Source: Cirrosporium novae-zelandiae (taxonomy: Eukaryota). From it: a stretch of DNA of 64,000 nucleotides. The position numbers were made by a program, and so were the translations under genes. The stretch is from positions 310,001 through 374,000 of the forward strand of contig JAPETS010000007.1 of the NCBI GenBank assembly GCA_026023565.1, in the 5' to 3' direction. Below, piece after piece: positions 26,119 through 37,475 of this stretch. A model generated the notes under the pieces. That model had not been told where the DNA came from and made no database searches. It saw only the letters and a list, made by a program, of their open reading frames with translations. Positions within the stretch are counted from its first letter, which is position 1; each line of letters begins with the position of its first letter.

Positions 26119-29100
26119 ATGGCCAATATTACATCTCTCGGGGCTCACGAGCCTTCAGCACTACCCTACCTTGTCTCTGAATCTTTACTTGCACCGGATT
26201 CGAAAGATTATGTCTGGACTGTCGACACAAGCTTTGAGGATAATGTAAAAGGCGTTGAGGATGAGCTTCTGGCGACGAAACACTGTGTAGTGTGGTCACG
26301 AGGAGGAGTTGTCCAGAGACTTTTTAGATTTGAAGACGGCGAGGATGAAATTGTGCAAGCGGTTTTGACTCGCTTTCCAATAAAAGAACCCCATCAACCA
26401 TCCCCAAGCTCTCCAAAAAGGAGACAGAAAAGACGACCCGCAAAACTAGAAAACAAGAAGGTCAGGTCTTCAAGTCCAGATAAAACCAAGGAAACTAAAA
26501 ATGAGCACTCGATTGGTGGCGGCAATAGTATCAGCTTATCAGAGAAGGCGATTGTCGTCGCACTGAAAACAGAAGCGCACATATTTCTGCTTTCCGGAAC
26601 TAGCTATGTTGTCCAACTTCCATTCGAGGTTGAATCAATACTATCTGCTCCGCGTGGAGTCATCCTGCAAAGAAAGCTTCCTGCTGATGTCGATCTCATT
26701 AGCCCATTTCTCCCTCCAGTTCCTCCCAACTCATTCGCATATCCACAGCCAAGACCCCAGTCCAAAAATACACATATGGGAAGAAAAAGTGGCTCTTCCT
26801 TTAGAAGTGAGATACCATTTGGTATCCAACCCCACTCTTTAGGAGCAGATACAAGTGCCAATCTTCCTCGGGCTTTCTCGCTCACTGATCCTTTAGCTGA
26901 GATGGGCGTTGTTGTTGCGACAAGTGATAAATCTACCTCTCGGAGTACCGATGACTCGGACGTCGTTGCCATTGAAGCGTTAGACAGTAACGAGGAGCTG
27001 CTGCACATCTCCCCTCTTAGACTGCATGTCAATGCAGAGAAGTCTTCGTGCATACTTGCTGTTTCATTCAATAGCCGGGCTGGTACTTATACGGTCTGGA
27101 GAGCCAAGTACGTTACCAAAACAGAACTTCCGTCGCAGCAAAAGAGAATCCCTAGTACGTCAAGTGTACTCTCTCGGAGACGTAGTTCACACGGATTTGG
27201 AGCTCCTTCTGGAGCAGATACACCAAATTGGTCAAGACAAAAAGGCTTTAGGGAGAGCTTTGGTGGTGCCTCTCAATATGAGCCAAGGAAGTCGATGTCA
27301 GCTTCTCAGGCAGAGAAGTATGAGACATCAGAAAAAGATACTTTCGCTGCACAACTTGACCCAGAACAGGAATTCTCCAAGTCCTCAAGAAGAGTAAGTT
27401 CCTTGCTTGCTCGGGGAGACCTATCCACAGGCCATGAATGGTCTAATTTCACAGATATCAGCGTCAACAATTCCTTCAATGGAGGCACTACAGCAACTAG
27501 TCGAGCTTCTTTTGGGGGAAAGATCCGACATAGCTTTGGATCTGCCCTTGGCTTTGGCCTGCGACATTCATTACCTGGACAGTCCCCTCGCAGCATTGGT
27601 GGAAATAGTTTCATTGATCCCGTACCTGATGACGAGCTTGATGATCTCAACCTGGAAGACAATTCAGATTCTTCGGATCTAGATCGAATGATATCTTCGG
27701 ATCGTATGACAGGCCTACACAGGGAGTTAATGTTAACCAAGGTAAAAACATTTCAGTCACAACGCCGACAAAGTTTCGTTTCTGTGGGGGATAATCATGA
27801 CAAACCAAAGGCCTTTGTTGTTGAATGTCCTGAGACAGCTGCATCCCACTCGGATGATTTTAGGACTTTCATACTTGGCATTATGGATAGTGAGAACCAT
27901 GAACTGATAGTTACAACATTGAGAGCCCATTTAGTATCTAATACACGGCCTGCACATCAAATCGCTTCTAGTAGTTCGGTTCAGATCACAACTATAGAAG
28001 CGGTTGAGATACGCAAGGGAACGAATATTCTGGATGCTTGCAGAATTAATGATGGCCAAATATCCCGCCTACTGGTCATGAGCGAAACATCTGATGGAGC
28101 AAGGGAGATATCCCTTCAAGCTCCTTGGAGTCCCCTTTTTAAGCTACAACTCCCTCTTTCTCTTTCAAGCATAAACCCTTTTGGAATTCCTATGATGAAG
28201 TCGAGGGCTTCCCAAATAAATCTTTTCCAATATGCTGACGTTTCCGAACTGGGAATGGTCTCTCTCCGCCATGCAACATCGAGAGGCCGAGTGGACTTTG
28301 TTGATCGGCAAGGAATACACCACCAGGTCCAAATAGAACTGGACGCCCGAGACCCCCAAGTCAAGAGGATGATGGATGTCTGTCGTTTCGTTTTGCCGGG
28401 TCCAGAGAACGCGGGAGAGGGACTGCTCATTGGATTGTGGAATATTCAAACCTGGTTAAAATCTCGTCAAGACATTACCTCCAACAATGAGTCAACAGCT
28501 TTTGTGATACTACTTTTTGCAATGGCTGTTAGTTTTCTCCCCTCAAAGTTTTCCGCCGTCGTCCATGCGAAGATGACAACTTCCTTACAGCCCTCGGGTT
28601 TAGGCACTGCTTTTGACCGTATGCTCCAGGAGGAACGCTCTCACGGTCTCCCGCTTCACTGGCTGAGTTCCCCTGCATGGGACTGGACCCAAGATGCCTT
28701 GGCCGAGATTACGGTATCTTCAAAGTTACCGCAAAATGTATACATACTACAGTGTGCTCTACTTGCTCAAGAATTTCTTAGGAGCCCCAAAGGACAAGAG
28801 GCAATCGGTAGAGATGGGTATCTACCCACCTCTCTTGCCCGAGCCACAGAATCGCAAAGGTCTGCTTTAGCGAAGATCCTCATCGCCTTACATTTGCTAC
28901 GAGAGGAACAAAAACTTGATATTACAGCCGGTGCCACAACTGGTCTAGGATCCTTACCCTTTGCGGCAGTTCTTTCCCAGTTAGGAACTTGGCTTGGATG
29001 GAAATCCTGGGGAAGGAAACCCAGCTCCTACTATAATCTAGAAGACGCTTCCATCGATGACTGGCTTTATGATGATTGTGTGATTGAAGGACGAATTATT

Positions 29101-31974
29101 ACTATTCCGTCAGAGCCATTCACGCCCCCTTCAATCCTTGATTTTATCGACAAATGTCTAAATAGCCAGCAATTACCTCAGTTTCCCTCACTATTAGATG
29201 TTGCCGGACGGGACAGATACCATAATGTGCAGGAGATGGCAAGGCTGACTCCAGACACCATATCAATTCTCCAGTTTCTGTCTAGAGTGCGAGGAATGAA
29301 GTTCTCTCCTACTTCCTGGACCGAAGCTATTGCCGAGTCTGGCTTGAATATATCAATGCTTGAAAAACTCCCAGAGGGTGTCAGAGCTCCATTCTTCGAG
29401 GCTATTGTGGGGTGTCAAGCTTCACCTCCAATCTCTTGGGCAGGGGATCTCCTTGAACTTGTAGGTCGTAGCGATCTACGGAAATTGCTTGAAGGTGATC
29501 AGATGCAAAATCCCCCAATGAGAACACCTGCTATTGTTACACATGAAGCCACTCGTGATTTTCATACAATCGGACATGCGGTCCTCGAACCAGATCAAAT
29601 TTCACCTTTTGACGGATCAAGCGAAGTTGACCGGCAGATAATAACAAAACTAATCTTTAATCAGGACCGGAGGTTTTTTGAGGCAGTGAAACTTCTTCAT
29701 CCTATGAAACCGGCAATAGCGCGTTGTACCCCAGAGCCTCAATGGTCAGATGTAGAATTCCTTGAAGCACAGAAGACGCTTGTGCAAATTGTTGCCTACA
29801 GAACTCTTTCAGTATCACCGGGGCGGGGAATGCTCCAGTTCAGTACCAAGAATCCATTGTTGACAGAGAAGTTGCCAATTCCTGGTTTTACACTCACCTG
29901 CATTGTGAAGCCATCCAATAATACTGTTACGGCGGAAAGGAGCATTTTCACCGAAGAGAAAGTGGGCTGGGCCTTTTTCCATGCCGGCGCTTCGACTGGC
30001 TTATCAATATCAAAAGATGCGAAAGGCATCGATACATCTTGGATCCTATTCAATAAACCCCCCGATTTGAGCAACAGGCACGCTGGCTTTCTCCTTGCTC
30101 TTGGCCTGAATGGTCATCTTAAAAATATTGCCAAGTGGGTTGCATTCAAATATCTAACCCCAAAGCATACTATGACATCTATCGGCCTCCTTCTCGGACT
30201 CTCTGCATCCTATCTGGGAACCATGGATTCACTAATTACTCGTCTCTTGTCTGTCCATGTGACTCGCATGCTCCCTCCTGGTGCAGCGGAGCTTAACCTT
30301 TCTCCTCTTACTCAAACAACTGGCATAATGGGCATAGGACTTCTCTATTGCAACTCGCAACACCGCAGGATGAGCGAGATTATGCTTTCGGAGATTGAGA
30401 ATATTGACCAGGACGATTCACCTACTCCACTGGAGATGCTCAGGGATGAGTGTTATCGGACAGCCGCGGGCTTTTCTCTCGGGTTTATAAATCTTGGCAA
30501 AGGGAACGACTTGCAAGGCCTCCAAGATATGCATTTGGTTGAACGCCTTTTAGCATTGGCGATAACAAGCAAAAATGTTAATCTAGTTCATATTCTTGAT
30601 AAGGCGACACCAGCGGCTATTATTGCCATTGCGCTTATCTTTCTAAAAACTAATAATTCGTCCGTGGCTCGTAGAGTTGATATTCCAGATACTGTTCACC
30701 AGTTCGATTATGTGCGACCAGACAACTTCCTTCTTCGGACTCTTACAAGACATCTTATCATGTGGGATGAAATAGAACCCACAGTTGAATGGTTCACCCG
30801 AAGCCTACTGCTGCCTTACCGACATAAAGCATCTCTAGAGAAAGTTTATACTCTCAACACAGAAGACTTGCCATTTTTCAATATGGTTGCAGGGCTCTGC
30901 TTCTCCATCGGTTTACGGTTTGCAGGGTCTGGTCGTAATGATGCTAGAGATTTACTAGTTCATTACCTCGACCAATTCATCCGTATTTGTAGATTGCCTG
31001 CGGTCAATTACGATTCCAAGCTCACAAGGCTAACAGTTCGAAACTGCCAGGATCTGGTCGCCCTTTCCGCAGCAACCGTAGTTGCAGGAACCGGCGACCT
31101 TCATGTTCTTAGGAGACTGCGTTCTCTGCACGGCCGGATTGATCCCGATACTCCCTACGGGAGCCATCTCGCAGCACATCTTGCAATCGGTGCCCTGTTT
31201 TTAGGTGGGGGGCAGTGCACCTTCGGGACCTCTAACCTGGCAGTCGCATCACTATTTTGCGCCTTCTACCCACTATTCCCAACCTCTGTGCTCGATAACA
31301 AAGTCCACCTTCAGGCTTTTCGCCACCTCTGGGTTTTGGCAACTGAATCGCGCTGCATTGTAATTCGAGACATCAAGACACAACGGCCTGTTTCTGTTCC
31401 TATCTCTCTCCAACTCAAGGGAGGCGATAATCCTCGGACGATCAACACGCCTTGCCTTCTACCTGAGCTTGATACTATTTCAAGTTTGAAAATCAATAGT
31501 CCTGACTATTGGGAAATTACGCTTGATTTTGTGCGCAATCCACAACATTTATTAATGTTTCGAAAGTCACAGAATGTCTATGTGCGCAGGCGTGCGGCCT
31601 ATGACAATCCCCATTCATCAATCTTTTCGCGTACTGTTCAAGCATTGAATGATGCTCAACTTTCACTTGCAGGTCCCCAAGCTCTGGAATGGGTACTTAA
31701 CTTACCAGCATTCTCATCACTGAGCCTGTTTGAAAAAGCGCTCATCTTGCCTCTTGCTCAAACTGGTATGTTGAGCGGGATCAATGGGACCGTGATTGAT
31801 GCGAGATTACTACTGGAGAGCAATGCGATTACAGCAAAGGGGAACAGGGATGCATATTTGAATATTCGCATCCTCGTCGATTGGGCTAGGAAGGTTCAAC
31901 GTGAGGGTGGGAAATTGGCCTGGATCGGTAATGAAGTTATTGAATGTATTCGGGGAGAAATGAGTAATGATTGA
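26119..31974 (+). CDS. APC1: anaphase-promoting complex subunit 1 (BimE/Cut4/Apc1), 1951 aa
   Basis: N-terminal EDELLATKHCVVWSRGG; PC-repeat region WAFFHAG...HAGFLLALGLNGHL...SIGLLLGLSASYLGTMD; YGSHLAAHLAIGALFLGGG and HLQAFRHLWVLA. Confidence 0.96.
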   Translation: MANITSLGAHEPSALPYLVSESLLAPDSKDYVWTVDTSFEDNVKGVEDELLATKHCVVWSRGGVVQRLFRFEDGEDEIVQAVLTRFPIKEPHQPSPSSPKRRQKRRPAKLENKKVRSSSPDKTKETKNEHSIGGGNSISLSEKAIVVALKTEAHIFLLSGTSYVVQLPFEVESILSAPRGVILQRKLPADVDLISPFLPPVPPNSFAYPQPRPQSKNTHMGRKSGSSFRSEIPFGIQPHSLGADTSANLPRAFSLTDPLAEMGVVVATSDKSTSRSTDDSDVVAIEALDSNEELLHISPLRLHVNAEKSSCILAVSFNSRAGTYTVWRAKYVTKTELPSQQKRIPSTSSVLSRRRSSHGFGAPSGADTPNWSRQKGFRESFGGASQYEPRKSMSASQAEKYETSEKDTFAAQLDPEQEFSKSSRRVSSLLARGDLSTGHEWSNFTDISVNNSFNGGTTATSRASFGGKIRHSFGSALGFGLRHSLPGQSPRSIGGNSFIDPVPDDELDDLNLEDNSDSSDLDRMISSDRMTGLHRELMLTKVKTFQSQRRQSFVSVGDNHDKPKAFVVECPETAASHSDDFRTFILGIMDSENHELIVTTLRAHLVSNTRPAHQIASSSSVQITTIEAVEIRKGTNILDACRINDGQISRLLVMSETSDGAREISLQAPWSPLFKLQLPLSLSSINPFGIPMMKSRASQINLFQYADVSELGMVSLRHATSRGRVDFVDRQGIHHQVQIELDARDPQVKRMMDVCRFVLPGPENAGEGLLIGLWNIQTWLKSRQDITSNNESTAFVILLFAMAVSFLPSKFSAVVHAKMTTSLQPSGLGTAFDRMLQEERSHGLPLHWLSSPAWDWTQDALAEITVSSKLPQNVYILQCALLAQEFLRSPKGQEAIGRDGYLPTSLARATESQRSALAKILIALHLLREEQKLDITAGATTGLGSLPFAAVLSQLGTWLGWKSWGRKPSSYYNLEDASIDDWLYDDCVIEGRIITIPSEPFTPPSILDFIDKCLNSQQLPQFPSLLDVAGRDRYHNVQEMARLTPDTISILQFLSRVRGMKFSPTSWTEAIAESGLNISMLEKLPEGVRAPFFEAIVGCQASPPISWAGDLLELVGRSDLRKLLEGDQMQNPPMRTPAIVTHEATRDFHTIGHAVLEPDQISPFDGSSEVDRQIITKLIFNQDRRFFEAVKLLHPMKPAIARCTPEPQWSDVEFLEAQKTLVQIVAYRTLSVSPGRGMLQFSTKNPLLTEKLPIPGFTLTCIVKPSNNTVTAERSIFTEEKVGWAFFHAGASTGLSISKDAKGIDTSWILFNKPPDLSNRHAGFLLALGLNGHLKNIAKWVAFKYLTPKHTMTSIGLLLGLSASYLGTMDSLITRLLSVHVTRMLPPGAAELNLSPLTQTTGIMGIGLLYCNSQHRRMSEIMLSEIENIDQDDSPTPLEMLRDECYRTAAGFSLGFINLGKGNDLQGLQDMHLVERLLALAITSKNVNLVHILDKATPAAIIAIALIFLKTNNSSVARRVDIPDTVHQFDYVRPDNFLLRTLTRHLIMWDEIEPTVEWFTRSLLLPYRHKASLEKVYTLNTEDLPFFNMVAGLCFSIGLRFAGSGRNDARDLLVHYLDQFIRICRLPAVNYDSKLTRLTVRNCQDLVALSAATVVAGTGDLHVLRRLRSLHGRIDPDTPYGSHLAAHLAIGALFLGGGQCTFGTSNLAVASLFCAFYPLFPTSVLDNKVHLQAFRHLWVLATESRCIVIRDIKTQRPVSVPISLQLKGGDNPRTINTPCLLPELDTISSLKINSPDYWEITLDFVRNPQHLLMFRKSQNVYVRRRAAYDNPHSSIFSRTVQALNDAQLSLAGPQALEWVLNLPAFSSLSLFEKALILPLAQTGMLSGINGTVIDARLLLESNAITAKGNRDAYLNIRILVDWARKVQREGGKLAWIGNEVIECIRGEMSND

Positions 31975-32210
31975 ATGTCTAGCGTGGCGTTTTGGAAGAT
32001 GAATCAAAGATGGAAAAAATTAAGAAGACGTTATATTATACAGATATCCAAGAAAGCGCTTCTTATGATATAGTGAACGTACGACATTAAAACATAACTT
32101 GAAAAGAAGAGAGATGACAGCCCAAAAGATAATTAATTATTTTTGTACACGTTTTGGGTAAGGATGTAGAGTTAAATGATGTAATTATGAAAAATATGCT
32201 AATTACATAT

Positions 32211-35200
32211 CGTATTATTCAAAAAACGTATTTAATTTTTAAAAAATTTTCGATTTTTTAATACGAATATTAGTTTTTTTTTTTTGATTATATTAAATTA
32301 TTAATTTTTTTATTTTTTTATTATTTTTTATAATTAGATTTTAACCGTTTTTTAATACGGGTATATTAATATTAAATAAAAAACGTTTTAATATAAAACC
32401 CCGTATTATTAATATTCTAAAATAATAATAATTTTCGTATAATATATATATTCTTTAATAACGGTATATCCCGTTTTTATTTAATAAAGCCTATTTATTA
32501 ATTTTTTAAATACGTATTTTAACACCCGATTTTTTTTATATTTCAGATATATTCGATACGATTTATCGGGCGATTTTTTTATTTTTTAATTATATGATTA
32601 ATTATATATTTTTATTATTTATTTTTTAATTATATAATTAATTATATATTTTTATTATTTATTTTTTAATTATATTATAAATTATATAAACCAATAAAAT
32701 TTATTTAATTATTTTATTATTTTTTAATATTATATTTATTTTGGCCGTTTAATTTATTATTTCGTTCTTTAATATTCTATAATATTTTAAAATTTATTTA
32801 ATAACGATTTTTATTTTTTAATTTATTAAATATTTAATATATTCGTATATTTTTTATACGATTATTTAATTTTTTTTTAATTTTTTTTTTTCGATCCGTT
32901 TAATAACCGTTTACGAATTAAATAATATTATTATTTTTTTTCCGGAGATTTTATAATTATTCGGGTACGCTTTAATTATTATTTATAAAATTATTTACGT
33001 TTTTTAAAATTTTATATTAAATATTTTTTTATTTTAATTTAAATAATATTTTTATATCGTTTATAAAATTTTTTCGATTATTTTTTAAATTATTTTCGTT
33101 TTTATTTTACGGTTTTTTAATTTAAATCCGTTCGATTAATATACGTTTTTTTAATTTTATATTAACGTTTTGTTAAAAATTTATTATTTTAAAAATATTA
33201 TTATTTTTTTTAAAAATCTATTTTTTTCGATTATTTAAATTTTTTCGATTTTAAAATTCGGATTTATTATTTTTTAAATTATTATTATAATTAAATATTA
33301 ATTTAATATATTTTTTTTAATTTTTTAAATTTATTAAAAATTTTTTAACGATTATTTTTTTAATTAAATATTTATATTTTTTATTTTAAATATTATTAAT
33401 AATATTAGATTCGTTAAATTTTTTTCGATTTTTTAAAAATATTAAAATCTATATTTTTTTTACGCGGTATTTAATATTACGTTTATAAAATATATATAAA
33501 TTTTCTATATAATTATTATTATTAAAATTATTTTATAAATTTTTATTATTAATTTTATAAATTTATTTAATAATTTTTAAAATTTTATTTAATATTCGAT
33601 CTGTTTTTTTTATTAGATCTCGCACCCGTATATATAAATTAATATTATCGTCGTTACGATTATTTAATACGTAAACCCCGTAAATAGCCTGTTTCGGTAA
33701 TATATATATTTAATTACGTTTTCCGCGCGCCTAATTTTGATTAAATACTGGGTATAATAAATTTAGAAATTAAATTTCGGATTTAATTATATATTTAATT
33801 ACCGTATATAATTTTTTTTATATTTAATCGGGTAATTATCGATCCTAATTTTCGGTTTCGTATTTATTTAAATTTAGTATTTACGTAATTTAAAAAATAT
33901 TATAATTTTAGTTTTTTAAATATCGAATTTTAATTTATTTTTTTTTTTTATTAAACCGCCGTTTTCGTTATTTATTAAATAATTTTTTAGGCTTATTTAT
34001 TATTTATATAAATAATCGAGAAATTTACGTCGTCTACGAATAATAGGATTTTAATTCTAAAAACCGTTTATTCTACGGCTGCGAATAGCCCGCTGTAATA
34101 TATTAAAAATAATATTAAAAATACGGATAATTTTTATAATATTTTTATTTCTATATTAATTCGGGATTATATTTCTTCGTCTATTATTAATTCGACGTTT
34201 CGTTGGATTATAAAATTAATTATTTATTTAATAATATTTTTATCGATTTTTAATTATTTTAAATATTATATTAATTTAAATTATAATATATAATTAAATA
34301 TTTTTTTTATATTTATAAATAAAATATAAATTATTTATTTTCGATTAAATCTTTTTTTTATTCGATATATTAAATATATAAATATATTAATTACGTTTCG
34401 ATTATATTTCGATCTAAATTAATTTTTATATAATTTATTTAGATTTTCGTATATATTTATTAACGTATTAATTACGATTTTTTCGATTATTTTATTTAAA
34501 TAATATAATAAATTTATTATTTTATAATTTTTAATTAATATTTTATCGGTTTTTCCGGGTTTAAATAATAATATTTTTTAAATATATTTTTATTACGTTA
34601 AATAATATTTTAATTAAAAATAATATCGGATTATTTTTATTATTTTATTAAAATTCTATTATTATAATATATATAACGCTCTAAATTAAATATTATTATA
34701 TTCTAAAATTTTATTCGTATTTTATACGTATAATATTTTCCGCACCGTTTTCTCGAATAATTATTAGACGAATATCTTTTTAATCGGAGGCTGAGATTCA
34801 GGGTTTTTTAGGGGTGGCGGGAACGCCTATTCCCGTATAAAAAAAATTTTATTTTTAGTTTCTACCGCTATTCTCCCGTTTTCTATACGGAACGCCGATA
34901 TCGGGTTTCGGTTTTAGAATTTGTAGTATTTTAATATTTTTTATCCTTATTAAATATTTTCGGGGTTTAAAAATTTGTTTAAATCGTTTTTTTTTATATA
35001 TATTTAAAAAAAATCTATTTATTTATTTTTTTTTTTAATTTTAATTAATTTTATAAATTTTTTAAATACCGTTTTAATTTTTCTGTAGATCCGGCGTTTT
35101 TATCTCGTTTTTTTAAACGTTATATAATATTCGTGTTTTTTAACGGTATATTCGGGGTTTTATTAAATTTTCGACCAGACGTATATTTATTTAGATTTTA

Positions 35201-37475
35201 CGTATTTATTTAAAATAGTTTTTAATTAAATAATAATTTTTTATATTTCGTTTTTTAATTACGTTTCCGTATAATCTATAATTAATATATTTTTCGTAAT
35301 TAATTAAGATTTTTATTTTTATTTTGTTTTAATTTATTATTAAAGATTTTCCAACGATTTTAAATTCTATAAATTCGGGATTAATTAGCCTATTTTTAGG
35401 CGGTAATTTTTTTATTCGAATTAAATAAAAATATAATCTGAATTAATTTTTAATTTATTATTTATATTATCGATTACCGCGTTTATTAATTATTTTTAAA
35501 ATAATTTTATTACGGAATTAATTATTATTAAATTAATTATTAAATAACGAATTAATTTTTTTTCGAATTAAATATTTTAAATAATATCGTTTTATATTAT
35601 TAAATCCTATTTTTTTATAAATATTATTAAAAACGCGTCGTTTATATAAATAATTTATTTGGATTTTTATATTAAATTATAAATATTAAAATTTTTTATT
35701 AATATTATTTTATTATTATTAAAAATAAATTTTTATTTTATATTTTATAAAATTTTTCTAAATTTTTATTATCGATTTTATTTTTAAAAATATACGTTTT
35801 TTAATTTTTAATCGTAAATATTAATTATTTTAATTAGATTTTTTATTTTTCCGTTTACGTTTATTATATTAATATCTAATATTACGAAATAAAAATAATT
35901 AATTAAATCGGTTTTTATAATTATTTTAAATATATAATTTTTTTAATTTTTATATATAATAATAATCGTTTTTATAATTTTATTTTTTATTTAGATTTTT
36001 AATTCGGATTAATAAAAATTTTATATTAAATATAATATTTTTTTTTTTAATTTTTAATTAAATTTTTATAATAATATTATATCCGTTTTAATTTATATAA
36101 TCGATTTTAAAATTATAATCGTTATATCGTATTTTTTATAATAATTATATTATAATATTTTTATTTATAATTCAGATATATCATTATTTATTTACGATAC
36201 GAATATTATTAATATTTTCGGTATTATTAATATTTCGGGTATTATTTATATTTTTTTTTTTAAAAAAATTAATATATAAAATAATTATATAACGTTTTTT
36301 TAATATTTTTTTTTTATATATTTTATTTTTATTTTTCGGGTAATTAAATATTTTCTGTCCATAATTATATAAAGATCTAAATAATTTATATATTTTAATA
36401 AAATATATATATAAACCCCCGTATACGTAAATTTATATTCTATTATCCGATATCGGTAATTTTATATTTTATATATTTCCGTATATATAATATATATCGG
36501 GGTTTTATTTTTATATTTTAAAAATAATTTATATTTTAATTAAATATATTTTAAATACGTTTTATTTTTTTTTAACGTAAATTATCGGATATATCGAAAT
36601 TTATATTTTATTAAATAATAATTTTCGATTTTTTATTTTTCGTATATTATAAACGGGAATTTTATTTTAATCGAAATAATATATTTTTCTAATATAAATC
36701 CGGTTCGTACCCGTTTTTAATAATATTTTTCCGGTATTATTTATACGATTACCGTGTTTCGGAATAATTAATAAATATTTTCTAGATCTTTTTTTATTAG
36801 ATTTAATTCATTTGGACCCCCAAATATTTTTAGGGGTATTTTTTATATTTTTATTTAATATAGGGTTTCTAATAAACGTATATTTATTATCGCGTTATTT
36901 ATTTTCGTTACGGTTGTAACGGCGTGCCAAGCATATGCGCTTCGTAGGCGCATAGGCGAGGCTTGGCGCGTGGCCAAACCTTTATATAGGAGAACGCTGC
37001 TTGATTCATCAAGGCAGCGTTCGATTTTTGTATCTATAGAAGGAGCACTTCGAAAGCTATCATCATTACTTGCGTCTTGCATGCGAATAGCACGTTATAC
37101 CTATTAGTTATATATTCTATTGCCTCACTAATCTACCACACTGCCTGTACTAAGCGCTGCCTTCACAACGGTTTTTAGAATTTTTTATTTATATTTGGGT
37201 ATTAATATGCCCGTATTACTTTTTTTATCGAGCGTGGCTCTTAGATTGTTTTCTCTATTAATATAGGTTTCCCGCACCCGTAGTTCAGGCGGTGCGCCTA
37301 AATCAGTTAATTTGGCGTTGATCGCCGTTACTACTGGTGCCGTAAAGCCCGAATATTCGGCCCCCTCTCTATTAAAAATTAGTATTTTCTGATTTTCAGT
37401 TTTTGTATCCCCGCCTGCGGAGCCAGTGCGTTTTTTCCTACGGGGTTTGATTATTTGCTATTCTCTATTAGGCCT
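32211..37475 (-). mobile_element. Tad1-like LINE copy A: lacks the first ~1 kb and last ~450 bp, interrupted by a solo LTR, fused at its 5' side to a tRNA-headed sequence
   Basis: The reverse complement aligns colinearly with copy B from ~40969 to ~46024. The RT FVDD region lies at ~34025-34100. Confidence 0.88.
36915..37167 (+). mobile_element. solo LTR (253 bp) of the gypsy element, essentially unmutated
   Basis: TG...CA ends; 5-bp TSD ACGGT at 36910-36914 and 37168-37172; matches the LTRs at 48406-48658 and 55387-55639 in opposite orientation. Confidence 0.95.

Noticed and set aside
26394..32007. Short antisense or alternative-frame ORFs overlapping APC1 and other long genes
   Set aside because: These are shadow ORFs of real coding sequence with no independent evidence.
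32576..32680. 40-bp tandem repeat; considered CRISPR-like
   Set aside because: It is a local slippage duplication within LINE A, with no spacers and in a eukaryotic context.
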